Source: Candidatus Defluviilinea gracilis
Lineage (GTDB): Bacteria > Chloroflexota > Anaerolineae > Anaerolineales > Villigracilaceae
NCBI GenBank assembly: GCA_016716235.1
Contig: JADJWS010000002.1
Coordinates: forward strand, 74,904-138,903
Direction: 5' to 3'
Length of the DNA: 64,000 nucleotides
Below are positions 1-7,694 of the stretch, piece after piece. Under the pieces are notes generated by a model, which had not been told where the DNA came from, ran no database searches, and saw nothing but the letters and a program-made list of their open reading frames with translations. The position numbers were made by a program, and so were the translations under genes. The first letter of the stretch is position 1; every line of letters begins with the position of its first letter.

Positions 1-130
1 GTTTGTAGTCACTGCCGAGTATGAGGATGGGTATCAACTTTCTTGCACGGTAGTTGTCTTTCCCGGGAGCGACCCGTTTTTGTCATCGTGCAATGATGAC
101 AAAAATGAAAATCCTTGAGAATTGGGTTCG

Positions 131-1009
131 TTAGATCGCAAACAAATAAATTGCCGCAAACGCAAGCGCGATGCCAATCACTTGGTTGCGCGAAATATGT
201 TCCTTGAGGATGAGCCACGCAAGGATGACCGTCGCGCCGGGATATAACGAACTGAGAATGGCGGAAATATCGAGCCTGCCCGCTTTGCTGGCAAGGATGA
301 AAAAGAGATTGCCGCCGAGGTCGAGAGTGGCGTTGATGCCGACAACTCCCCATGCCTCGCGCGGAACGGGGAACGATTCTCGCCGCGCCAACACGATGAG
401 GAAGACCAAAAGAGTCCCTGCGAGGCGCGAGAGGATCATGGGCCACAACAGCGCGTCGGGGTCGCTGACGGCGTTGTGAATGAAGATGAAGTAGCAACCA
501 AACCCCACGCCCGCGAGAATCGGAAATTTCAAGTCGGAGAGTTTGCCGATATGGAATCCGCCGTCGCCTTGCGAGATCAGCCACACGGCGGCGAGCGCGA
601 GCGCGAATCCGACAAATTGAATCTTGCTGGGCAGTCCTTGCGTGAACGCGCCAAAGATGACAGGAAGCAACGCCGCGAACAATGCCGAGACCGGCGCGGC
701 GATGCTCATCTGACCGATGCTCAGGCTGTAATACAAGATGAGCAAGCCGCACGAACCGAGCGCGCCGCCGATGAACGCGTTGAGCGCAACGTTTGCAGAC
801 GGAAACGATTCGCGATAAAAGATCAATGCGGCGATGACGATCAATAAGCCGAAGAAGTCCGCGTATAACACTGCGCGATACGCGCCGACCTTGCGGCTGG
901 CGAGACCGCCCGCGAAATCTCCCGCGCCCCATGATAAAGATGATGCAATGCCGTAAATGATGGAAAGCAAATGAAACCTCCGGAATGCGGACTTCAGCCC
1001 GCTATTCAT
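131..1009 (-). CDS. EamA/DMT-family transporter (multi-pass permease)
   Basis: ORF 131..1063 is hydrophobic throughout, with EamA-like halves (GDFAGGLASRKV..., LSSLYPGATVILAWLILKE). There is an ATG at 1009. A TTG at 970 preceded by GGAGG is an alternative start that would leave the REP hairpins at 986-1037 outside the CDS. Confidence 0.75.
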   Translation of the reverse strand: MNSGLKSAFRRFHLLSIIYGIASSLSWGAGDFAGGLASRKVGAYRAVLYADFFGLLIVIAALIFYRESFPSANVALNAFIGGALGSCGLLILYYSLSIGQMSIAAPVSALFAALLPVIFGAFTQGLPSKIQFVGFALALAAVWLISQGDGGFHIGKLSDLKFPILAGVGFGCYFIFIHNAVSDPDALLWPMILSRLAGTLLVFLIVLARRESFPVPREAWGVVGINATLDLGGNLFFILASKAGRLDISAILSSLYPGATVILAWLILKEHISRNQVIGIALAFAAIYLFAI

Positions 1010-1042
1010 ATGAAAAAAATGGCGGACTGAAGTCCGCGCTCC
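982..1042. repeat. REP-A hairpins (2 copies) adjacent to RayT-1
   Basis: GCGGACTTCAGCCCGC (986-1001) and GCGGACTGAAGTCCGC (1022-1037). Confidence 0.75.
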
Positions 1043-1043
1043 G

Positions 1044-1580
1044 TTAATAATTATCGTCGTCAAACAGAGTCAAAACAGGAAATTCTTGCGCGCATTCTTT
1101 CATCCACACTTCGCCGTTGTCGCTGATGTGTTGGCGATAACTGGAAAACAGCCAACCCTCGGGCTGTTGGACATAGCCATGTTTGACAGGATTGTAATGG
1201 ATGTAGTTGAAACGTGTCCAAAAATCTCGCTCGCCCCGGATGCAAGTATCCCAATAGGTGTACCAAACGGTTCTGCCGCGTGTGTTATCCAGTCCGTTCA
1301 ATTGGAAAGCCGTGCTCCCATTGAGCCGCTTCATGAATTTTCCAAGATCAAGCCCGTGTTGCGGAAGAAAGAGGAAGTGATAATGGTTTGCGAGAATGAC
1401 CCATGCCATAAGTTTCGCGTTGAACTCGGCGATCAATGCGTTGAATGTTTTGATCCACAAATTGAAATGCGCGTCGGAAGATAAAATATGCGCCTTGCCA
1501 ACCGTTGATGCGGTGACGAAATACCATGCGTCGTCCAAGTAGAGATGCGGCGGGCGGTGTGGGGAGGTTGACCATTTCAT
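1044..1580 (-). CDS. REP-associated tyrosine transposase (RayT, IS200/IS605-like Y1 HUH enzyme)
   Basis: 178 aa. HUH motif in ILANHYHFLF and a catalytic Tyr region FNYIHYNPVKHGY. Flanked on both sides by GCGGACTNNAGTCCGC hairpins. Confidence 0.8.
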   Translation of the reverse strand: MKWSTSPHRPPHLYLDDAWYFVTASTVGKAHILSSDAHFNLWIKTFNALIAEFNAKLMAWVILANHYHFLFLPQHGLDLGKFMKRLNGSTAFQLNGLDNTRGRTVWYTYWDTCIRGERDFWTRFNYIHYNPVKHGYVQQPEGWLFSSYRQHISDNGEVWMKECAQEFPVLTLFDDDNY

Positions 1581-1588
1581 ATACGTAT

Positions 1589-1616
1589 GCGGAATGCGGA
1601 CTTAAGTCCGCGCTCC
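1589..1616. repeat. REP-A hairpin on the other side of RayT-1
   Basis: A perfect 16-bp palindrome GCGGACTTAAGTCCGC (1596-1611), with the same GGAATG / GCTCC flanks as the copies at 982-1042. Supplies the CitE stop codon. Confidence 0.75.
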
Positions 1617-2486
1617 TGTTCTCGTCGCCGCCTTTGCCCGCTCCAACACCTTCTGCGCGTTCTTCAGCAACGGCATATCAATCATCTTGCCGTCCAGCGC
1701 GTACGCGCCTTTGCCCTCTTTTTGACTCGACTCGAACGACTCGACGATCCGCTTTGCATACTCGATCGCTTCATTGGATGGAGTGAACGCCTCTTGCGCC
1801 GCCTCGACCTGATTCGGGTGTATGATCTGTTTCCCGCTGAAGCCGAACCGCGCTCCCTCTTCGGCTTCGAGGCGCAGACCATCGGGGTCTTTGAAGTCAA
1901 TGAAGACGATGTCAATTGCCTGCAGATCGTTCGCCGCGCACGCCGTGACCACCGCCTGCCGCGCGTAGAGCAACTCGGTCGCGGCTTTCGTCCGCACCGC
2001 GCCAATGGATGCGGCGAAGTCCTCGCCGCCGAAGATGATGGCTTCGAGTCGTTTATCCGCTTCGGCAATCTCTTTCAGGTTCATGATTCCCTTCGCCGTT
2101 TCCACGCCCACCAGCAAGCGGACGCTCCCAATGTTCAACTTGCTCGAAAGTTCGTAGGTTTCGATATGCTCGCTAACCCATTTCACTTGTTCGGCAGTTT
2201 CGATCTTCGGCACAACGATCGTATCGGGATTTGTCGCCAACGCCGCGACGAGGTCGCGCTTCTCCAAGCCTGAACCAATTTGGTTGATGCGAATACACCG
2301 CTCGGACTTGCCGAAGTCCAGTTCCTTCATCGCCCCTGCAATGACCTCCCGCGCTTCGGTCTTTTTGTTCGCCGCCACGCCGTCTTCCATGTCCATGCAA
2401 ATGGAGTCGACTCCCAGCGTGGTCGCTTTTTGGATCTTGCGGCGGTCGTCGCCTGGCATGTAGAGTATCGCGCGTCGTGAGTGCAT
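1602..2486 (-). CDS. HpcH/HpaI-CitE family beta-hydroxyacyl-CoA lyase (HMG-CoA / citramalyl-CoA lyase-like)
   Basis: CitE-like motifs (ILYMPGDDRRKIQKA, DSICMDMEDGV, VPKIETAEQV). ATG 2486 is preceded by an AGGAG SD; the track ORF starts further upstream at 2525. Sits in an operon with a MaoC hydratase and an acyl-CoA carboxylase. Confidence 0.75.
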   Translation of the reverse strand: MHSRRAILYMPGDDRRKIQKATTLGVDSICMDMEDGVAANKKTEAREVIAGAMKELDFGKSERCIRINQIGSGLEKRDLVAALATNPDTIVVPKIETAEQVKWVSEHIETYELSSKLNIGSVRLLVGVETAKGIMNLKEIAEADKRLEAIIFGGEDFAASIGAVRTKAATELLYARQAVVTACAANDLQAIDIVFIDFKDPDGLRLEAEEGARFGFSGKQIIHPNQVEAAQEAFTPSNEAIEYAKRIVESFESSQKEGKGAYALDGKMIDMPLLKNAQKVLERAKAATRTGART

Positions 2487-2500
2487 GGAATCTCCTGGGT

Positions 2501-2611
2501 GGTACACAGGTAAACACAGAAACACGTAAACAGGTGGTAACTCGTAACTCGTAACGCGTCTACCTGTGTACCTGTCTACTTGTCTACTTGTTTACTTGTG
2601 TACCTGTTTAC
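2501..2611. repeat. Word-repeat inverted array (GTAAACA / GTACACA / GTAGACA words)
   Basis: The left arm GGTACACAGGTAAACACAGAAACACGTAAACAGG faces a right arm CCTGTGTACCTGTCTACTTGTCTACTTGTTTACTTGTGTACCTGTTTAC. It fills the MaoC-CitE spacer. Confidence 0.7.
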
Positions 2612-3051
2612 TTCTTCAAAAACATCGCCGTCCGTTCGAACTCGACCACAATTGTACCGTCTGGTTTCCTGCCCCAGCATTTGATTCGCACGATGCCAAC
2701 TTCGGGTCTCGATTTCGACTCGCGCTTCTCGATGATCTCGCTTTCGGCGTAGACTGTGTCGCCGTGAAAGACGGGATTGGGATGCGCGACCTTGTCGTAT
2801 CCCAAATTTGCCACGATGGTTCCATCGGTGAGATCGGCGACGGTCAAGCCAACAACGAGACCGAAGGTGAACACTCCATTCACCAATCGCTGACCGAACT
2901 CGGTCTTCGAGGCGAAATCCTCGTTGAGGTGCAGAGGCTGTGTGTTCATCGTCAACGCGGTGAAGAGCACGTTGTCCATTTCGGTGACGGTGCGCCCGCC
3001 GTGTTTGAATTTCATCCCAACTTCGAGTTCGTCGAAAAATTTTCCAGCCAT
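2608..3051 (-). CDS. MaoC-like (R)-specific enoyl-CoA hydratase (hot-dog fold)
   Basis: MaoC dehydratase-like sequence (MAGKFFDELEVGMKFKHGGRTVTE...). ATG 3051 has an AAGGAG SD; the track ORF begins at an upstream GTG at 3081. Confidence 0.75.
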   Translation of the reverse strand: MAGKFFDELEVGMKFKHGGRTVTEMDNVLFTALTMNTQPLHLNEDFASKTEFGQRLVNGVFTFGLVVGLTVADLTDGTIVANLGYDKVAHPNPVFHGDTVYAESEIIEKRESKSRPEVGIVRIKCWGRKPDGTIVVEFERTAMFLKK

Positions 3052-3062
3052 AAGACTCCTTT

Positions 3063-3118
3063 GTCGAAGGTTGAAGGTCACAAGTCAAAGGTCAGACCTT
3101 CGACGTTTGACTTTCGAC
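3063..3118. repeat. Word-repeat inverted array (GTCGAAGG / GTCAAAGG words)
   Basis: GTCGAAGGTTGAAGGTCACAAGTCAAAGGTC faces GACCTTCGACGTTTGACTTTCGAC. Spans the BCCP stop codon. Confidence 0.65.
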
Positions 3119-3592
3119 ATTGATCAGTTCTTGCTCACGCTCCACCGTTTGACCAACCTTCACCGCCAGCGATTTCACCACGCCATCCATCGGCGCTTGG
3201 ATTCTAATCTCCATTTTCATCGCTTCCAACACCATCAGCGTTTGACCTTTCGTCACCGACTCGTCCACGACGACGTTCACGCTTCGCACCACGCCTGGCA
3301 TTGGCGCGGCTAATCCTGACGCATGATCGCCGCCCGCGCTTCTTCGCTTTGCGCCAGACGATTTGGTCAGCACGAATGTTTGCCTGCCCACCGTCACCCA
3401 GCGTTTGGCGTTGTCCGATGAAACATACGCGGTGACGCGCTTGCCGTCAATGAGTAAATCCAACTTTCCGTTTTCGGCGCGGATGATTTCAACGTCAACA
3501 GTTTTATCGTCCAAAGTGGCGCGATAGGATTTGCCTGTTGGGATCAGATCAACAGATGTGGATGTAGAATTAAAGTCAAAAGATAGTTTCAT
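3092..3592 (-). CDS. Biotin carboxyl carrier protein (biotinyl domain subunit of acyl-CoA carboxylase)
   Basis: C-terminal biotinyl domain with the biotinylation motif in LMVLEAMKMEIRIQAP. Confidence 0.85.
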   Translation of the reverse strand: MKLSFDFNSTSTSVDLIPTGKSYRATLDDKTVDVEIIRAENGKLDLLIDGKRVTAYVSSDNAKRWVTVGRQTFVLTKSSGAKRRSAGGDHASGLAAPMPGVVRSVNVVVDESVTKGQTLMVLEAMKMEIRIQAPMDGVVKSLAVKVGQTVEREQELINVESQTSKV

Positions 3593-3598
3593 ATAAAC

Positions 3599-4081
3599 TT
3601 ATGGCTGTAATGTGATTTCTGTATAAGCTGCGACTTCTTTTATGCCATTATTGGTTTTCATATTGCCAATTACATAGATGCGAATATAATATTTCCTGAA
3701 GGGGTTTTGTAGATCAGGAAAAAACACAACCACTTGGACCGCTGGCATTTCTATTGGTGGAGAAAGTACGATATCGCTTAGGGGAAATCGATAAGTTGGT
3801 TTCTCTTTTAATTCAACCCACATTTCATCTGATCTTTCAAATATCTTCAAGTTGTAGTCATACGGAAAAATAATTTCCTGGTCGGAATTGTATTTGAGTT
3901 CCAGATTTATAGGGTCTCTGGTTTTATAGGTATTTGAATAACTCGAAACTCTTAGCAAAACCTGCTGGTTTAAATAAGCGTCTTCGAAAGATAACGGTGG
4001 AGGGTTGCTGGCGTTTGTGCATGATGACAGCAGAGTTTGAATTGCGACTAAGAAAAGTATTAAGCAGGTTGAGTGTTTCAT
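3599..4081 (-). CDS. Hypothetical lipoprotein (AT-rich insert)
   Basis: Signal peptide plus lipobox (MKHSTCLILFLVAIQTLLSSC). About 35% GC against about 65% in the adjacent BCCP gene. No domain recognised. Confidence 0.55.
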   Translation of the reverse strand: MKHSTCLILFLVAIQTLLSSCTNASNPPPLSFEDAYLNQQVLLRVSSYSNTYKTRDPINLELKYNSDQEIIFPYDYNLKIFERSDEMWVELKEKPTYRFPLSDIVLSPPIEMPAVQVVVFFPDLQNPFRKYYIRIYVIGNMKTNNGIKEVAAYTEITLQP

Positions 4082-4085
4082 TGGT

Positions 4086-4220
4086 CTAATTCCTAAAGCC
4101 GCTCGATTTCTTCTGTGGATTGTAACGATCAACTTCGCCGGAACGCGAAACCTGAGATTTGCCCGAAGGGACGATGTCAATGCTATACGACTTGGAATTA
4201 TGCTCGAAGTTTGTTTTCAT
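4086..4220 (-). pseudogene. Relic mini-ORF: BCCP N-terminus-like head fused to a biotin-carboxylase C-terminus-like tail
   Basis: 44 codons: MKTNFEHNSKSYSIDIVPSGKS...NPQKKSSGFRN*. Compare the BCCP start MKLSFDFNSTSTSVDLIPTGKS and the biotin carboxylase end NPNGFRN*. Its ATG overlaps the upstream stop (ATGA at 4217-4220). Confidence 0.5.
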
Positions 4221-5065
4221 CCGTATCCTAGAATCCGAATCACCGCCACCAGCCACATGCCGATCACGGCGAGCACAAGTTCGAGGTTGCGTTGCATCAA
4301 GCCTGCCAACACGCTGACCCACGAATGATACGCGAGATACGGCGAGAGGAACGGCGACGCCGCCATCGCCTGATCTTTGCGTCGGTTGCGGACTGCGAGA
4401 ACGGTCAACGCGAAACCGATGGGGAATGCCCAGGGCCACAGGCTGGCGTTCCATGTGGATTGCAGAAGATCGTTCGACCTGCCGATGGAGGCGGTGCCAA
4501 AAATCAGGAGAGAAAGAATCGTCGCAACGGTAGCAGGCAGAAAGGCGAGAAGAAGCGATTTCCATCCGCCAGCGCGCCATGTCTCGAACATCCAAAATGG
4601 GATCATCGCGATGCCCATCTGCGGTTTGATGAGGATGAAAAATAATCCGATCTGCGGCGGGAGGATGAAGCCGACGAGCGCGAGCGCGTCCACGTTCAAC
4701 ATGCGCATCCCGTAGACAACGGGCGAAGATAAAAGGAACGCGATCAACGCGACGCGGCTGGCTTTCAATCGGACGGCGACCCACGTATACAACGCGAGCG
4801 TGAGGATGAAATACAAATCACCGCTGACGCGTTCGGAAAATATCGCCAACGGCAGCATGGGGATCAACGTCCACGGCAGGTTGCGAAACGTGGGCGCGGC
4901 AAGATATGGATTATTTCCTTCCAGCACGGCGCGCGCGGCGGGGTAATACGTCTCGCGCCAATCAATGCCCACTGCGGTTCCCAAACTATCCGCGCCGAAG
5001 TAGAGGAGGATGAGGAGCGCCGCGCTTGCAACGATGAGTCGAAGGTCAATTTTTTTCTTTTCCAT
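4217..5065 (-). CDS. Integral membrane protein (weak resemblance to DUF2029/GT87-type glycosyltransferase-like proteins)
   Basis: About 8-9 hydrophobic helices. ATG 5065 (MEKKKIDLRLIV...) lies 4 nt after the biotin carboxylase stop. Confidence 0.5.
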   Translation of the reverse strand: MEKKKIDLRLIVASAALLILLYFGADSLGTAVGIDWRETYYPAARAVLEGNNPYLAAPTFRNLPWTLIPMLPLAIFSERVSGDLYFILTLALYTWVAVRLKASRVALIAFLLSSPVVYGMRMLNVDALALVGFILPPQIGLFFILIKPQMGIAMIPFWMFETWRAGGWKSLLLAFLPATVATILSLLIFGTASIGRSNDLLQSTWNASLWPWAFPIGFALTVLAVRNRRKDQAMAASPFLSPYLAYHSWVSVLAGLMQRNLELVLAVIGMWLVAVIRILGYG

Positions 5066-5069
5066 AAAT

Positions 5070-6563
5070 TTAATTTCTGAATCCATTTGGATTTTTCCAC
5101 GGGCTGTAAGGATCGTGCTCATTTACGATTTGCGATTGACGATTTTCGATTGATGTATCAGCAAGCGCGGCGGAGACAAGCGCTTCAAACGACGGGGCGG
5201 GCTGACTCCACGTAGGTTGATCTTCCACCCAGCGTGTGTAGACTCGTCCAGCGGCAAAATCGGGATGAGCTAAAACATCTTGCATGAAATCCACGTTGCT
5301 CGTCACGCCATGCACGACGAAGTCGCGCAACGCGGCTTGCATTTTTTGAATGGCGATTTCTCTCGATTCGCCAAACACAATTAACTTCGCCAACAGCGGA
5401 TCGTAAAAATGTGTCACCTCATCGCCTGCGCGGAAGCCTGAGTCGACGCGGATGCCAGGTCCGCGCGGCTCGATGTATTGCAAAAGTTTTCCTGTGCTGG
5501 GTAAAAATCCGTTGGCGGGGTCTTCGGCGTAGACGCGGCATTCGATGGCGTGTCCGCGTTGAGTCAGTTGTTCCTGCGAATATGGAAACCGCTCGCCTGC
5601 CGCAACGCGGATCTGCCATTGGACGAGGTCGAGTCCGGTGGTGAGTTCGGTGATGGGGTGTTCCACTTGGAGACGAGTGTTCATTTCGAGAAAGTAAAAA
5701 GGTTGAAGGTCGAAGGTCGAAGGTCTGGGGTCGAAGATAAATTCAATTGTCCCTGCATTGAAATAATTTACAGCCTTCGCCGCGGCAACTGCGGCATCTC
5801 CCATTTGTTTCCGCAGTTCTGGCGTGAGCAATGGCGATGGAGTCTCTTCGATAATTTTTTGATAACGCCTCTGCGTCGAACATTCGCGCTCGAATAAATG
5901 CACGAGATGTCCGTGCTGGTCGCCGAAGACTTGAAACTCGATGTGATGCGCGTTCGGGATATATTTTTCGACGAGCAGACGTTCATCGCCGAACGCGTTC
6001 AGCGCTTCGCCGCGCGCGGACTCGATCGCTTCTTTCAACTCTTCGGGCTGATTCACCACCCTCATGCCTTTGCCTCCGCCTCCCGCCGCGGCTTTAACGA
6101 GAACGGGATAGCCGATCTCCTGCGCGGCTTTCTTGAAATCGGATTCGGATTCGAGTCCCTCGAAGCCTGGGACTGTCGGCACGCCTGCCTGCTTCATGCG
6201 AATCTTCGACTCGGCTTTGTCGCCCATGGCGCGGATCGAGTCCGCTGAGGGACCGATAAAGGTCAAATGGGCTGAGGCAACCCTCCCTGCGAATGAGGCG
6301 TTTTCCGAGAGGAAGCCATAGCCCGGGTGGATGGCATCCGCTTGGGAGGCGAGGGCGGCTTGAATTAAGACATCCGCATTTAAATACGATTCTTTCGGCG
6401 AAGAGGCGCCGATGTGAATCGCTTCGTCGGCGAGTTGCGCGTGTTGTGAATTTTTGTCCGCGTCGGAATAGACGGCGACCGTTTTGACGCCGAGTTCTTT
6501 GCAGGCGCGCAGGATGCGAATGGCGATCTCGCCGCGGTTGGCAATGAGAATTTTTTTGAACAT
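5070..6563 (-). CDS. Biotin carboxylase subunit of (methylcrotonyl-)acyl-CoA carboxylase
   Basis: ATP-grasp biotin carboxylase motifs MFKKILIANRGEIAIRILRA, AAAGGGGKGMRVV and LEMNTRLQVEHP. Confidence 0.9.
   Translation of the reverse strand: MFKKILIANRGEIAIRILRACKELGVKTVAVYSDADKNSQHAQLADEAIHIGASSPKESYLNADVLIQAALASQADAIHPGYGFLSENASFAGRVASAHLTFIGPSADSIRAMGDKAESKIRMKQAGVPTVPGFEGLESESDFKKAAQEIGYPVLVKAAAGGGGKGMRVVNQPEELKEAIESARGEALNAFGDERLLVEKYIPNAHHIEFQVFGDQHGHLVHLFERECSTQRRYQKIIEETPSPLLTPELRKQMGDAAVAAAKAVNYFNAGTIEFIFDPRPSTFDLQPFYFLEMNTRLQVEHPITELTTGLDLVQWQIRVAAGERFPYSQEQLTQRGHAIECRVYAEDPANGFLPSTGKLLQYIEPRGPGIRVDSGFRAGDEVTHFYDPLLAKLIVFGESREIAIQKMQAALRDFVVHGVTSNVDFMQDVLAHPDFAAGRVYTRWVEDQPTWSQPAPSFEALVSAALADTSIENRQSQIVNEHDPYSPWKNPNGFRN
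5701..5736. repeat. Heptamer tandem repeat (GGTYGAA x5) inside the biotin carboxylase CDS
   Basis: GGTTGAA GGTCGAA GGTCGAA GGTCTGG GGTCGAA, coding ...DPRPSTFDLQP... on the minus strand. Confidence 0.8.
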
Positions 6564-7048
6564 TATTTGATGCGCGTCATCGTCGCTTCGGTGGCTTTGG
6601 CTTCGCCGTATTCGGGGTGGATGTTGTATGCGGTGATGACCAAATGATTGGCGTCAATCATTTCGACTTGCGTGCGCCAGCCCCAGTCGGGTCCGCCAGA
6701 GGGATCGGGATAACTGCCGAGGACGGAGAATCCGTTTTCGGTGGCGTTCCCCGTGCAGAACATGATGGCGGTGTTGTTGTGGAAGGAGTCGACCCATGAG
6801 GCTTCGTAACGATTGAGTTGGGTGTTGTAACCAAACGTGAACATTCCGTGTTGCGGCTCGCCTTCGATGGATGATTGATAGAGGAAGAGAGCAAAGCGTC
6901 CATCGAGGAGGAGTTGGATATTACCAACGAGAGGCGATTCACCAGCAAGTTTATCTGGCTCAAGCCAGAGTTTGGAAATACCTGACCAACCTCCTGCTAA
7001 TTGAGATAGAAAATGATGTGGGCTACCTGAAGATTTTTCGAATGTCAT
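6563..7048 (-). CDS. DUF1579-family protein
   Basis: 161 aa with the typical DUF1579 pattern (LAGGWSG...W...). GGAG SD before ATG 7048. Confidence 0.6.
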   Translation of the reverse strand: MTFEKSSGSPHHFLSQLAGGWSGISKLWLEPDKLAGESPLVGNIQLLLDGRFALFLYQSSIEGEPQHGMFTFGYNTQLNRYEASWVDSFHNNTAIMFCTGNATENGFSVLGSYPDPSGGPDWGWRTQVEMIDANHLVITAYNIHPEYGEAKATEATMTRIK

Positions 7049-7073
7049 GTTTGTCTCCGTAATTGGTAATTAT

Positions 7074-7155
7074 GTCACCCTGAGCGAGAGTAAAGGGTCT
7101 CTGCTTGCGGGAGTAAGAGACTCTTCGGTCGCGGCAAACGCTCCCTCAGAGTGAC
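7074..7155. repeat. P1 palindromic repeat (GTCAYYCTGAGCG... family)
   Basis: Termini GTCACCCTGAGCG / CCTCAGAGTGAC, with an internal hairpin GGGTCTCT...AGAGACTC. Confidence 0.7.
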
Positions 7156-7168
7156 ATTTCTTGTCAGG

Positions 7169-7666
7169 CTAAAATTTAGAAGCAGTATATGCACCAAGCC
7201 AAGCTCCCAATAATAAGCCTGTAGCTATAGCTAATGGACTGTCCTTGAGTTCTATCTCACCAAGAATTATTCCCGCACCAGCTAATGCCAACCCACCTAG
7301 AAAAATTGCTCCAATCACAGCTCCAATTTTTACCTTTTTCGGGCTTTCGTAAGTTTGGTATCCTATCAGTGTACCCATGAATACAAAAATCAAAGGCATT
7401 GTAATTAAGTCCTGTTTTTGTCTGCCAATGACTGCTGATAACAATCCCAAGCAGGCGCCGAAAATTACCCACAAAAAGATTTGGTACTTTTTGTCCGCAT
7501 ACCCAAGCGCAAATCCAATGCCACTCAGTAATCCCCACACGATCCATAAATAAAAACCCCAGCCTTCTGTTTTTACATTTATGGAAACTACATATCCCGC
7601 AAGTCCAAAAACTGCAATTATCAGTATTTGGATAAATCGGTTGATTTGTGAAGTTACTTTACTCAT
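7169..7666 (-). CDS. Small multi-pass membrane protein (AT-rich insert)
   Basis: Gly/Ala/Ile-rich TM helices. AT-rich relative to its flanks. A P1 palindromic repeat at 7074-7155 lies immediately downstream. Confidence 0.5.
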   Translation of the reverse strand: MSKVTSQINRFIQILIIAVFGLAGYVVSINVKTEGWGFYLWIVWGLLSGIGFALGYADKKYQIFLWVIFGACLGLLSAVIGRQKQDLITMPLIFVFMGTLIGYQTYESPKKVKIGAVIGAIFLGGLALAGAGIILGEIELKDSPLAIATGLLLGAWLGAYTASKF

Positions 7667-7694
7667 TTTGATTGAATCCTTGAGATTGCTTGTA

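Noticed and set aside
77-105. Hairpin TTTTTGTCATC-GTGCAAT-GATGACAAAAA downstream of the EamA gene, considered as an intrinsic terminator or a REP-B copy
   Set aside because: No U-run follows the stem on either strand, because the A/T runs are part of the stem. It also lacks the GCAG...CTGC core of REP-B. I left it as an unclassified hairpin.
9-932. Long antisense ORFs opposite real genes. Examples: 9..932, 8559..9248, 20597..21370, 26497..27378, 31537..32331, 44016..44951, 46285..47439 and 56346..57059.
   Set aside because: Their products are Arg/Pro/His-rich low-complexity sequences with no motifs. They lie opposite genes with clear family signatures. These are typical shadow ORFs of GC-rich DNA.
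5701-5736. Phase-variable switch via the 7-bp tandem repeat in the biotin carboxylase gene
   Set aside because: The units are imperfect (GGTTGAA, GGTCGAA, GGTCTGG), which disfavours slippage, and the gene is a core metabolic enzyme. I report it as a repeat-derived insertion rather than a contingency locus.
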